From contig JAKALS010000003.1 of assembly GCA_021813145.1 (NCBI GenBank), forward strand, positions 6,114 through 70,113: a DNA stretch of 64,000 nucleotides, given 5' to 3'. Below the pieces are notes generated by a model. That model was not told the origin of the DNA and made no database searches. It worked only from the letters and a program-made list of their open reading frames with translations. Source of the DNA: a bacterium (lineage in GTDB: Bacteria > Patescibacteriota > Microgenomatia > Levybacterales > UBA12049). Of the stretch, positions 1 to 11,442 are shown piece after piece (positions within the stretch are counted from its first letter, which is position 1; every line of letters starts with the position of its first letter). A program made the translations under genes and the position numbers.

Positions 1-1
1 T

Positions 2-265
2 TTCGGGTTTGCTCTTGGGAGCGGATTCATTACAATAGGCCCACACGATAAAGTACGCGGGAAAAACTTAAATCCGGAAAGAATAATGATTAATTTCGAA
101 AGCGAAAACGTAGAAAAGGAGTTTGAAAGAATAAAAGATTTGGGAGCTAAGGTGATAGCAGAGCCTTATCATCCCGAAAACGACGAAAATTATACCATTG
201 CAACCCTGGAGGACCCGGACGGAAATATTTTCCAATTAAACTCTCCATGGGGTGAAAAAAATTAA
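2..265 (+). CDS. VOC/glyoxalase-family protein, C-terminal part (5' end outside window)
   Basis: Open frame from window start to TAA at 263-265; tail ...TIATLEDPDGNIFQLNSPW typical of VOC fold. Confidence 0.5.
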   Translation, partial: FGFALGSGFITIGPHDKVRGKNLNPERIMINFESENVEKEFERIKDLGAKVIAEPYHPENDENYTIATLEDPDGNIFQLNSPWGEKN

Positions 266-284
266 TGAGAAAAATTGAGAAGGA

Positions 285-1388
285 TTAGCCCAGGTAATCT
301 TTTAACTTATTTCCTCTCGAAGGATGCCTTAATTTCCTCAAAGCTTTTGCTTCTATTTGCCTTATCCTTTCCCTTGTTACGGCGAACATTTTTCCTACCT
401 CCTCCAGGGTTTTTGGCCTTCCGTCTTTGAGCCCGAATCTTTCCTCAAGTACTCTTTTTTCCCTGTCGGAAAGAGTCGAAAGAACCTGTTCCACCTGCTC
501 TTTTAAAAGCTCCCTTGATGCTGTGTCAAAAAGGGTGGGGGCAGAAGTATCGTGAATAAAATCTCCGAGCCTTGAGTCTTCTTCGTCGCCTACCGGAGAC
601 TCCAAACTGGCGGGCTCCTGGGAAATTTTTATTATCTCAAGGGCTTTGTCGGGATCTATATCTAAAGCTTTTGCAACTTCCTCCGGAGTAGGCTCACGCC
701 CCAGCTCCTGCATCAGTTTTCTCGATGCCCTTAAAAATCTGTTTATATTTTCTACCATGTGAACGGGAATTCTTATTGTCCTTGCCTGGTCGGCTATTGC
801 CCTTGTTATGGACTGCCTTATCCACCATGTGGCATAAGTAGAGAATTTATATCCCCTTCTCCAGTCATATTTTTCGACTGCTCTTATAAGTCCCTGATTG
901 CCTTCCTGAATTAAATCCAAAAGCGTAAGTCCTCTTCCCACATATTTTTTTGCAATTGAAACGACAAGCCTTAAGTTTGAGTTAACAAGAGTTTTCTTTG
1001 CTCTCTCGTCACCTTTTTCGATTTTTTTTGCCAATTCTATTTCTTGGTCAAAATTTAAAAGAGGAATTCTTCCTATTTCCTTAAGATACATTCTTACGGG
1101 ATCCGAAACCGTACCTTCCGTTAAAACGGTAAGAGCCTCCAGTTCTTTCTCAAGGTCTTCTATGGGTTTTTCGTTGTCCTGGTCAACGGCAACGGATTCA
1201 AAGACATCAACATCGGACTTCATGAGCTTGTCGTAAAGTTCGTCAAGTTCACCTATATGCTCCTCGGGATGCGGGAAAATACCAAGAATTTCTTCCTGAG
1301 TTATATAACCCCTTTTTTTTGCCGAGGAAACGATATCCTGTAGAATATTTGGCATTTTTTGCTTCATAGGACCTGTATATTTTACCAC
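285..1388 (-). CDS. rpoD: RNA polymerase sigma-70 factor RpoD
   Basis: Regions 2-4 recognisable ([49 protein letters not shown]); follows dnaG as in the conserved dnaG-rpoD operon. Confidence 0.93.
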   Translation of the reverse strand: MVKYTGPMKQKMPNILQDIVSSAKKRGYITQEEILGIFPHPEEHIGELDELYDKLMKSDVDVFESVAVDQDNEKPIEDLEKELEALTVLTEGTVSDPVRMYLKEIGRIPLLNFDQEIELAKKIEKGDERAKKTLVNSNLRLVVSIAKKYVGRGLTLLDLIQEGNQGLIRAVEKYDWRRGYKFSTYATWWIRQSITRAIADQARTIRIPVHMVENINRFLRASRKLMQELGREPTPEEVAKALDIDPDKALEIIKISQEPASLESPVGDEEDSRLGDFIHDTSAPTLFDTASRELLKEQVEQVLSTLSDREKRVLEERFGLKDGRPKTLEEVGKMFAVTRERIRQIEAKALRKLRHPSRGNKLKDYLG

Positions 1389-1409
1389 TTAAGGGGAATA
1401 ATTAAAACC

Positions 1410-3194
1410 CTAAGACTGTTTACTGCGGGGCAAAAGAGCAGTTAATCTTTCGAATTCTTTATTCAGCCTTAAAAGCTCTTCTTCATTTTCGCTATTTTTT
1501 TCAAGGTCTTTTGATATTACTTTAAGTTTTTCCCTAAGATTAATGACAAAAAGTTCGCTCCCGGCTTTTTTTATCTCCTGATAGTACTGTTCTTCGCCAA
1601 ACTCCGAAAGCGGTAACAGACTGCAGGTATCGAATGACACTTCAAGTTCTTTAGGCAATCCTGCCGCAATTTTTTTTGCGCTTATATCTGCCATTTTTGC
1701 AATTTTTGTTATAAATTCAAAGATTTTCTGATAAGACTGGTTTTCGAAAGTGAATTCCGCAAGAGCAACGTTTGCCTCATCGAGAGCCCTGTTTATATCT
1801 TTTGCCTGTATTACCAGGGCCAAAATATACTCTTCAAGCATTTCCCTTCTTTTTCTTTGCGGCGCCGTGGAAGAAACGATTTCCTGGTCTTTTTTTTCCT
1901 TTGGAAATTTTTCGGCTTGCCTTGTCAGGCTGTCAAAAGAAATATCTATTTCTTTGCTCAACTTTTTAAAATAATGTTCTTTTACTATTTCATTCGAAAT
2001 TGAGGAAAAAAGAGGCAATAAATCGTCTGTTATTTTTTTCTTTCCTTCCGCGCTTTTTGTATTATTCTCTTTCGTAAGTTTTTCTATTAAAAAGTCGTAA
2101 ACCCCTATATCTTCTTTTAACGCCTTCTTAAACGAAGCCGGGTCGTTTTTTATCGCCTCGTCCGGATCTTTACCGTCCGGTATAATGACTATTGTAGTAG
2201 CAAGGCCTTTGCCCTCAAGAATAGGAAGGCTCCTTTTTGTAGCTTCAAATCCCGCACTGTCCATATCGAGGCAAAGAGTTACTTTTGGAGTAAATCTTGA
2301 TAAAAGTGCTGCCTGATTTTCGGTTAGAGCGGTTCCTTTTATAGCAATTACATTTTTTATTCCTTCCTTGAAACAGGCTATCGCATCGAATTCGCCTTCG
2401 ACGATAATTGCCTGCTGTAATTTTTTTATCTCCTCTTTTGCGCTATCCATCCCGAAAAAAAGATTCCCTTTATGATAAACGGGTGTTTCCTTTGTATTTA
2501 TATATTTTGAGGTGTCTGAATTGTCGTCAAGAATCCTTCCCGAAAAACCTACAACGTTTCCCCTATGGTCCGTTAACGGGAACATCAATCTTCCCCTGAA
2601 AAAATCGACCGTTCTTCCCGAAAGCTCCAGGGAAAGCCCCGAAGAATACAAATCCTGCTTTTTATAACCTTTCTTTTTTATAAGATAAGAGGATAAGGCG
2701 GAGCCCGACTCGGGAGAATAACCCAAAGAAAAAGTTTCTATAAGTTTCTCAGATATTTTTCTTTTATCCGTGAGGTACGAAAGCGCTTTTTTCCCCAGCG
2801 GATGTTTTAACAAAACATACTGATAAAATTTTAAAGCCTGCCTGTTTAAGCGGTAAATTTTTTCTTTCTCCGAATAAGCTTCGTTATCGAACCTGTAGTT
2901 TTTCAGTTCCACTCCTGCCTTTTTAGCCAGAGTCCTTAATGCCTCCGGAAATTCCATATTCTCGTATTCCATTAAAAACGAAAATGCGTCTCCGCCTTTC
3001 TGGCAGCCGAAACAATGCCATATCTGCCTTTCGGGAGAAACCATAAAAGAAGGCGATTTTTCGTTATGAAAAGGACAATTTGCCCTATAATTTCTGCCCG
3101 CTTTTTTTAGCGGGATATATTCCGATATTAAGGAAACTATATCTAATTTATCCCGGATTTCCGAAGCCTGGTCCATTTGGCTGTATTGTAGCAC
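1410..3194 (-). CDS. dnaG: DNA primase DnaG
   Basis: CHC2 zinc finger (CPFHNEKSPSFMV...WHCFGCQKGGD), TOPRIM region (IVEGEFDAIA); upstream of rpoD. Confidence 0.93.
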   Translation of the reverse strand: MLQYSQMDQASEIRDKLDIVSLISEYIPLKKAGRNYRANCPFHNEKSPSFMVSPERQIWHCFGCQKGGDAFSFLMEYENMEFPEALRTLAKKAGVELKNYRFDNEAYSEKEKIYRLNRQALKFYQYVLLKHPLGKKALSYLTDKRKISEKLIETFSLGYSPESGSALSSYLIKKKGYKKQDLYSSGLSLELSGRTVDFFRGRLMFPLTDHRGNVVGFSGRILDDNSDTSKYINTKETPVYHKGNLFFGMDSAKEEIKKLQQAIIVEGEFDAIACFKEGIKNVIAIKGTALTENQAALLSRFTPKVTLCLDMDSAGFEATKRSLPILEGKGLATTIVIIPDGKDPDEAIKNDPASFKKALKEDIGVYDFLIEKLTKENNTKSAEGKKKITDDLLPLFSSISNEIVKEHYFKKLSKEIDISFDSLTRQAEKFPKEKKDQEIVSSTAPQRKRREMLEEYILALVIQAKDINRALDEANVALAEFTFENQSYQKIFEFITKIAKMADISAKKIAAGLPKELEVSFDTCSLLPLSEFGEEQYYQEIKKAGSELFVINLREKLKVISKDLEKNSENEEELLRLNKEFERLTALLPRSKQS

Positions 3195-3294
3195 AAATTG
3201 TTTCGCTAAAATTTCAGATTTTTAATTTATATTTAAAAGGAAAAATGATAAATGCTCTGTTGCTTTTAGTAACTATAAAGGTTACAATGCCTAA

Positions 3295-5334
<2,040 letters not shown>

Positions 5335-5338
<4 letters not shown>

Positions 5339-6687
5339 ATGACTCTCTAATCTCAATTTCTACACTTGACGGAAGATACGGGGAACAATTAAAAGAACTT
5401 TCGGAATATGTTTCGGAATATTCCCTGATAAAATTACGTGTTTTAATAGAAACAGAATATATTATTGCTTTGTCCGACAAAAAAATAATAAGAGGGCTTT
5501 CAAAAAAAGAAAAAAATTATCTTAGAAATTTATCTTCCGATTTTTCACTAAAAGATGCGATAGAGGTAAAAAAAATCGAACGGGATACGATAAACGATGT
5601 AAAATCTGTGGAAATTTATCTGAGGAAAATATTCCTAAAAACCTCGTTAAAAGATACAGTCGAGTATATACATTTCGGCCTCACATCGGATGACATAAAC
5701 AATATTGCATTCAGGCTTATGGTAAAAATATCTACTTCAAAAGTCATAATACCCATTTTAAAAAAAATTTTAAAGGACTTGGATATTTCGGCAAAAAAAT
5801 ATAAAAAAATTGTAATTTTAGCAAGGACACACGGTCAGCCGGCGGTACCGACTACTTTCGGTAAAGAATTTGCAGTCTTCAGAAACCGGCTCAACAAAGA
5901 GATAATAAATCTTAAAAACCAAAAATTGTCGGGAAAGCTAAACGGAGCCGTAGGAAATTTCAATTCTCTGTATTTTGTTTACCCTACCATAAACTGGACA
6001 ACTTTCTCAAAAGAATTTATTTCGTCTTTCGGATTAACTCCCAATTTGGTTACGACACAAATAAATCCATTCGAGGATGTCATAAGCCTTTTTCAAAATC
6101 TTCAAAGAATAAACGGGGTTCTCCTGGATTTCGACCAAGACATGTGGAGGTATATAAGCGACGCCTGGTTAAAATACAAGGTGGCAGAAAAAGAAATAGG
6201 CTCTTCTACTATGCCGCAAAAACTCAACCCTATAAATTTCGAGAACTCGGAGGGAAATTTAGTTCTTGGCAACGGGTTAATGCAGACAATGATAGATAAG
6301 CTTTATTTATCTAGATTACAAAGAGACCTTTCCAATAGCACTGTAATAAGAAACCTGGGAAGTGTTTTTGGGTACTGCCTGTTGGGATACAAAAATTGCT
6401 TATCGGGTATTACAAAAATCGATATAAACTCCCGGCAAATAGAAATTGATTTAAATAAAGACTGGTCTATTTTAACCGAGGCCCTCCAAACATATCTTAG
6501 AAAAATAGGATTCGAAAATTCATATTATTTTGTCTCAAAATTATCCAAAGGCTCAAAATTAGACCGTGATTCGTGGATAGAAATAATAAAAAATCTTCCA
6601 ATAAATAAAACTCATAAAGATATTCTTTTAACGTTAACCCCCAAAAATTACATAGGCCTCGCAGAAAAGCTAGCGGACATGGATTAA
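5335..6687 (+). CDS. purB: adenylosuccinate lyase
   Basis: HFGLTSDDINN and RTHGQPAVPTTFGKEF signature; SSTMPQKLNP catalytic loop. Confidence 0.9.
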
Positions 6688-6699
6688 CGTCGCACAATA

Positions 6700-7282
6700 T
6701 TTTCTGGTATTATTTTTAAAACCAGAAATTCCCTATTGACAGAATTAAAGTTTTTTCAATAAACTGGCAATAAGGGATGGCGCTACCAAAAGAAGCTTTA
6801 GATACTGCTCGCCAACCGGAACTCTCTTCCGGTTCTTTTTCGCCCCGACAAAAAAACCCGGAAGCAGAATTATACCAATCCGAATTTTTAAGAAGAGTTG
6901 CACATCTATACGATAACGATAGCGGTGTTGCCAGAAGAGGAATTCCATTAGTCGACAATAAAGGCCGTGTACGAGGAGGAACAGGCGGAAATGCCAGAAC
7001 GGCAACCTCCGAAGAAATCCGTTACTTTTTGGAAAACGGCGAACATCATCCTCTTGACGAACAGGAGTTATTGTCGGTCAGACAACTGGAAAGACAAGAA
7101 CGAGGATTTTCGGTACCGGAACGAAGAGTTATAACAGACTTCAGAAGCGGAAAAAGAGAAACGGCAAGCAGAAGAAGAATGCTAAATCACCATAGAGAGC
7201 GCGGAGGAAGAAGTCCCCAAAATCAGGGCGGAAGAAGATAAATTCTTACAAGAATTTAATAATCTGCTGTTATAATGAGTTA
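6700..7282. other. GC-elevated intergenic region with hairpin (6687-6720) and TTGACA at 6746; candidate structured RNA or degenerate/foreign small gene
   Basis: Composition differs from flanking AT-rich genes. The only long ORF (6777-7241, 154 aa) is Arg/Gly/Glu-rich low-complexity with antisense ORFs overlapping it. Confidence 0.3.
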
Positions 7283-7942
7283 ATGGAAAATATTTATTGG
7301 TTTGGGCACTCAAGTTTTTCTTTTATCGACAAGAGCGGAAACAGAATATATTATGTTGACCCGTTTGATCTGAGGCCGCAAACTCTTGAAAAAGCAGACA
7401 TTGTTTTTATTACCCATGCCCATCCCGACCATTTTTCCCCTTCGGACATAGAAAAAATTATAAAGGATGACACCGTTATTGTTGCACCTGCGGATATCCT
7501 TGAGAAAATAGATATTCCAAACGAGAGAAAAATCACGGTATTACCTAATAAGAATTACGAAGTTAAAGAGTTTAAATTCAAAACCATCCCCGCATACAAC
7601 AATCATCCCGATAAGTTGCAATTTCATCCTAGAGAAAATAACTGGGTCGGATATATTTTTGAGTTAAACGGAAAAAAGATTTACCATGCGGGAGACACGG
7701 ACTTTATTCCCGAAATGAAAGATCTTGCGGATTTAAAGCTTTTTGTAGCAATGCTTCCGATCGGAGGCCACTATACAATGGACGAAAAAGAAGCCGCGGC
7801 CGCTGCAAACGCCATAAAAGCAGAATTTACAATTCCCATGCACTACAGAAGAAATGTCGGAGACAGATATCCGGAGGTGGAAGAAAACTTCAAGAAACTT
7901 GTCACCGAATCTAGGGTTGCAATACTCGAGGAGTTAAAGTAA
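7283..7942 (+). CDS. metallo-beta-lactamase-fold hydrolase
   Basis: ITHAHPDHF (HxHxDH) zinc-binding motif, second His/Asp motifs downstream. Confidence 0.75.
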   Translation: MENIYWFGHSSFSFIDKSGNRIYYVDPFDLRPQTLEKADIVFITHAHPDHFSPSDIEKIIKDDTVIVAPADILEKIDIPNERKITVLPNKNYEVKEFKFKTIPAYNNHPDKLQFHPRENNWVGYIFELNGKKIYHAGDTDFIPEMKDLADLKLFVAMLPIGGHYTMDEKEAAAAANAIKAEFTIPMHYRRNVGDRYPEVEENFKKLVTESRVAILEELK

Positions 7943-8980
7943 TTTTTGCTGATTATTCTCTTTTGGCAAAGCCATTCCGAAATGTTTATAAGCCAAAGGG
8001 GTTGCCACTCTTCCTCTTGTTGTCTTTTTAATAAATCCTATTTGCAAAAGATAAGGCTCTATTACTTCTTCTATCGTTCCTATGTCTTCGCTTATCGTAG
8101 AAGCAATCGTTTCTATCCCGACCGGACCCCCGTTATGTTTTTCTATAATCGATTTTAAATATCTGACATCCGAAGAGTCCAGCCCTACCGAATCGACCTC
8201 AAGCATATCCAGGGCGTCTTTTATAAGGTCTTTCGTCAGTTTTCCTTCTCCTTTTACCTGTGCATAATCCCTGGCCCTTTTTAACAATTTAAGGGCAATT
8301 CTCGGAGTACCCCTTGCTCTTCTTGAAATTTCTACAATTGATTCTTTATCTACAGGGACTTTCAATTTTGCGGCAGCTTTTTCTATTATTTCTTCAAGTT
8401 CTCTTGGCTCATAAAAAGAAAGTCTATGCACTACTCCGAACCTGTCGCGAAGAGGAGCCGATAAAAGTCCTATTCTTGTTGTTGCGCCTATTATCGTAAA
8501 TTGCGGCAAGTCCATTCTCAGGGTTCTTGCGCTAGGCCCCTTGCCCAAAATTATGTCCAGGGCATAATCCTCCATTGCCGGGTAAAGGGTTTCCTCCACC
8601 ACCTTATTCAGCCTATGGATTTCGTCTATAAAAAGAATGTCTCCTTTTTCAAGATTTGTAAGAATAGAAGCTAAGTCCCCTGCCCTTTCTATTGCCGGGC
8701 CGGAAGTTATTCTTATATTAACCCCCATTTCTTTTGCTATTAAATGGGAAAGCGTTGTCTTACCAAGGCCGGGAGGACCATAAAGAAGGATATGCTCTAT
8801 TGACTCGTTTCTTTTTTTTGCGGCCGAAATCGCAATCCTCAAAGACTCTTTTACTTTTTCCTGTCCATAAAACTCTTTCCAATCATTTGCCCGAAGAGAA
8901 GTAAATAAAACTTCCTCTTCCGGACTCTCGTTCTCTATTTTTGATTTTTGATTTTTGATTTTTGATTTTCCTTCTGCCAT
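7934..8980 (-). CDS. ruvB: Holliday junction branch migration ATPase RuvB
   Basis: [13 protein letters not shown] Walker [12 protein letters not shown] Walker B, sensor and winged-helix regions; N-terminal [11 protein letters not shown] extension encoded by a 7-nt tandem repeat. Confidence 0.93.
   Translation of the reverse strand: MAEGKSKIKNQKSKIENESPEEEVLFTSLRANDWKEFYGQEKVKESLRIAISAAKKRNESIEHILLYGPPGLGKTTLSHLIAKEMGVNIRITSGPAIERAGDLASILTNLEKGDILFIDEIHRLNKVVEETLYPAMEDYALDIILGKGPSARTLRMDLPQFTIIGATTRIGLLSAPLRDRFGVVHRLSFYEPRELEEIIEKAAAKLKVPVDKESIVEISRRARGTPRIALKLLKRARDYAQVKGEGKLTKDLIKDALDMLEVDSVGLDSSDVRYLKSIIEKHNGGPVGIETIASTISEDIGTIEEVIEPYLLQIGFIKKTTRGRVATPLAYKHFGMALPKENNQQKLL
8936..8969. repeat. 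7-nt tandem repeat (tttttga)x4 inside ruvB 5' coding region
   Basis: Direct reading: ctatttttgatttttgatttttgatttttgattttcc. Confidence 0.9.
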
Positions 8981-8989
8981 ATCTTGAAA

Positions 8990-9565
8990 CTACCGGGATA
9001 AGTTTTTTAACGCCAGCCTTATCTTATCTTCTGTTTTCAGCCCCTGTGTTTTTATTTCCCTTAGCGCTTTTTGGGCTTCGGGAGTCGAAAAACCGAAATT
9101 TTTAAGAGCCGCAATAACTTCATTGTTCTCAAGCTGCTCTTTACCAGACAAATCTATATCTGCTGTCCCGCCCATTTTATTTTTTAGCTCAATTATGATT
9201 CTTTGTGCATTTTTTGTTCCGAGCCTTGGGACGGAAGTGAAAAAAGATACATCTCCTCCGACAAGGGCATCCGTTATCTGCTCCCTTGTTCCGACGGAAA
9301 ATATATTGAGCGCTGTCCTCGGCCCGATTCCCGAAACCGAAATAAGTTTTTCAAAAAGCTTAAGATCTAAGGCCTCTTCAAATCCAAACAACTCCAAAGC
9401 ATCTTCCCGCACATATGTATATGTAAAAAGCTTTATTTTTTCTTTTGGGGAGAGCTTGGCAAAAAGGCTGTCATAGAGAAGAACTCTATATCCCACACCG
9501 TTAACGTCTATAATCGCGTAAGGTCTGTCGAGGATTTCTATTGTTCCGTTAAGAGAGCCTATCAT
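8990..9565 (-). CDS. ruvA: Holliday junction DNA helicase subunit RuvA
   Basis: MIGSLNGTI... OB-fold N-terminus, HhH pairs (GIGPRTALNI), C-terminal RuvB-interaction domain; ruvA-ruvB adjacency. Confidence 0.88.
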   Translation of the reverse strand: MIGSLNGTIEILDRPYAIIDVNGVGYRVLLYDSLFAKLSPKEKIKLFTYTYVREDALELFGFEEALDLKLFEKLISVSGIGPRTALNIFSVGTREQITDALVGGDVSFFTSVPRLGTKNAQRIIIELKNKMGGTADIDLSGKEQLENNEVIAALKNFGFSTPEAQKALREIKTQGLKTEDKIRLALKNLSR

Positions 9566-9654
9566 AAAGCTAGTTCTTGGTTCCTAGTTACTTGGTGCCC
9601 AGGTGCTAATATGAGGATTATAGCACACTCAAAATTTCCGATTTTAATTTCTAA

Positions 9655-10137
9655 TTAAGAACGCTCACTCCTTACAGAGAAGGCGTGACAGACTGCAATG
9701 GCCAGAGCATCGGCGGTGTCATCGGGCCTTGGAACGGAATCGAGCTTTAAAATTGTTTTTACCATTTTTCCCACCTGGTCTTTTTCCGCTCTTCCGTAAC
9801 CGGTTACCGCAATTTTTACCTGGAGCGGTGTGTAAATAGAAACTTTAAGTTTTTTTTCCGCTGCGGTTAACAAAACAACCCCCCGTGCCTGACCTACGGT
9901 AAATGCGGTTTTTGCATTTGTGTTAAAAAAAAGTTCTTCTATTGCCATGGATTCCGGCTTATTTTTTTCAATTATTTTTAAGAGCTCCCGATGTATTAAA
10001 GAAAGTCTTTCCTCTACTTTTAATTCCGTCGAAGTTTCTATACACCCGTAATTTCGGGTTTTGAGGTTTGAATTTTGAGTTTCAATTACCCCCCATCCGC
10101 ATCTTCCTATTCCCGGATCTATCCCAAGTATCGTCAT
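9655..10137 (-). CDS. ruvC: crossover junction endodeoxyribonuclease RuvC
   Basis: ILGIDPGIGRCGWGVI N-terminal catalytic Asp motif, C-terminal DAADALAIAVCH; ORF extends to 10170 but likely starts at the internal Met. Confidence 0.85.
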   Translation of the reverse strand: MTILGIDPGIGRCGWGVIETQNSNLKTRNYGCIETSTELKVEERLSLIHRELLKIIEKNKPESMAIEELFFNTNAKTAFTVGQARGVVLLTAAEKKLKVSIYTPLQVKIAVTGYGRAEKDQVGKMVKTILKLDSVPRPDDTADALAIAVCHAFSVRSERS

Positions 10138-10256
10138 AGCGAATAGATAATAACACAAATAAAATCCCAATTCCTAAATCCCAAACACACTAAAAATTAG
10201 AAATCAGAAATTGGAATACTTGTATTCATAATTCTTTTCCTGTAAAATATCAATTT

Positions 10257-10970
10257 ATGAAGCGGGAAAAACTTAAGGTTGAAAAACGAAAAGTTTTGGG
10301 CAAACAGGTTAAAAAATTGAGGCAGGAAGGGATTCTTCCCGCAAATGTTTACGGCGGAGATATAAAATCCACTGCCGTACAGCTTCCCCTTAAAGAATTC
10401 AGCTCTGTTTATAAAGAAGTTGGAGAAACAGGGCTTATTGACCTGGATTTGGAAGGAAAACTTATCCCCGTTCTTATCCACAACGTTAACGAAGACTACA
10501 GAAAAGGAATTTTACACGCCGATTTCTTCCAGGTAAACCTTAAAGAAAAAGTAAGAACGGCGGTACCTCTGGAGGTTGTCGGAGAGCCCAAAGCCGAAAC
10601 CGATAAAGTAGGTCTATTGATGAATATTATTTCCGAAGTGGAAGTCGAAGCTCTTCCCGAAGATCTTCCCGAACACATAGAGGTCAACGTAGAACCTCTT
10701 GCGGCAGTTGATGAACAAATAACGGTAGCGGACCTTAAAGTTCCTCAGGGAGTAACAGTTTTAACAGACGGCGAGCAGGTCGTCGCAAAAATCGGGGAAC
10801 TTGTAAGCAAAGAAGCTCAAGAACAGGCTGCGGAAGAAGCTGCAGCTGCCGAAGCGGCATCCGCCGAAGCGGGAGCCGAAGCCCCGGCCGAAGGAGAAGT
10901 GCCTCAAGAGGAGGCGCAGCAGCCTGCCGAAGCGGGAGCCGAAGCACCAAAAGAAGAAAACCAGGGTTAA
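10257..10970 (+). CDS. rplY: 50S ribosomal protein L25 (Ctc form) with Ala/Glu-rich C-terminal tail
   Basis: N-terminus MKREKLKVEKRKVLGKQVKKLRQEGILPANVYGG typical of L25/Ctc; low-complexity AEEAAAAEAASAEAGAEAPAEGE tail. Confidence 0.85.
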   Translation: MKREKLKVEKRKVLGKQVKKLRQEGILPANVYGGDIKSTAVQLPLKEFSSVYKEVGETGLIDLDLEGKLIPVLIHNVNEDYRKGILHADFFQVNLKEKVRTAVPLEVVGEPKAETDKVGLLMNIISEVEVEALPEDLPEHIEVNVEPLAAVDEQITVADLKVPQGVTVLTDGEQVVAKIGELVSKEAQEQAAEEAAAAEAASAEAGAEAPAEGEVPQEEAQQPAEAGAEAPKEENQG

Positions 10971-11438
10971 TTATTCCCCCTCAAGCTGTTTTTTTAACGC
11001 CAATGCCTCCCCGTAGTTTGGATCTATATATAACGCCTTCTGAAGATAATTCACGCTTGAGCGAAGATCTCCCAGCTCAAATTCTCTGACTGCAATTTGA
11101 AAATAAACCTCTTTATAGTTTGGGTATTTTTGAGCAAAGGATTTCCATATATTTGCTTCCGAAACTATTTTTTGCCTTTTAGCCTCAATTGTTTGTTCTT
11201 TTAAGTAGTTTTTATAAAGATTTACAGAAGCCAGCATAATAAATGCTAAAAGGGTTAAAAAAACAAAAAAAATGGACATCTTTTTCAAGGGCTCTGCCAG
11301 GCCTGTAAAAAAGGGCTTTTCGGGAATAAATCGGGAATTCCTCGGGAATTTCCCTTTTACTTCCTGTTTTTTAACCGCAGGCTTTATGGAACTGTTTTTC
11401 TTTTGGTTTTTTAAGGGTTTTGTTCCTTTAAACTTCAT
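10971..11438 (-). CDS. membrane-anchored TPR-like protein
   Basis: One TM helix (IFFVFLTLLAFIMLASV) plus TPR-like C-terminus (LQKALYIDPNYGEALALKKQL). Confidence 0.5.
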   Translation of the reverse strand: MKFKGTKPLKNQKKNSSIKPAVKKQEVKGKFPRNSRFIPEKPFFTGLAEPLKKMSIFFVFLTLLAFIMLASVNLYKNYLKEQTIEAKRQKIVSEANIWKSFAQKYPNYKEVYFQIAVREFELGDLRSSVNYLQKALYIDPNYGEALALKKQLEGE

Positions 11439-11442
11439 ACTT

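Noticed and set aside
6777-7241. 154-aa ORF called as a confident protein-coding gene
   Set aside because: It has low-complexity Arg/Gly/Glu-rich composition, and antisense ORFs of similar length overlap it. It is reported only as an anomalous region.
8936-8969. CRISPR array
   Set aside because: The repeats are 7-nt microsatellites with no spacers and no cas genes. No CRISPR-like arrays occur anywhere in the window.
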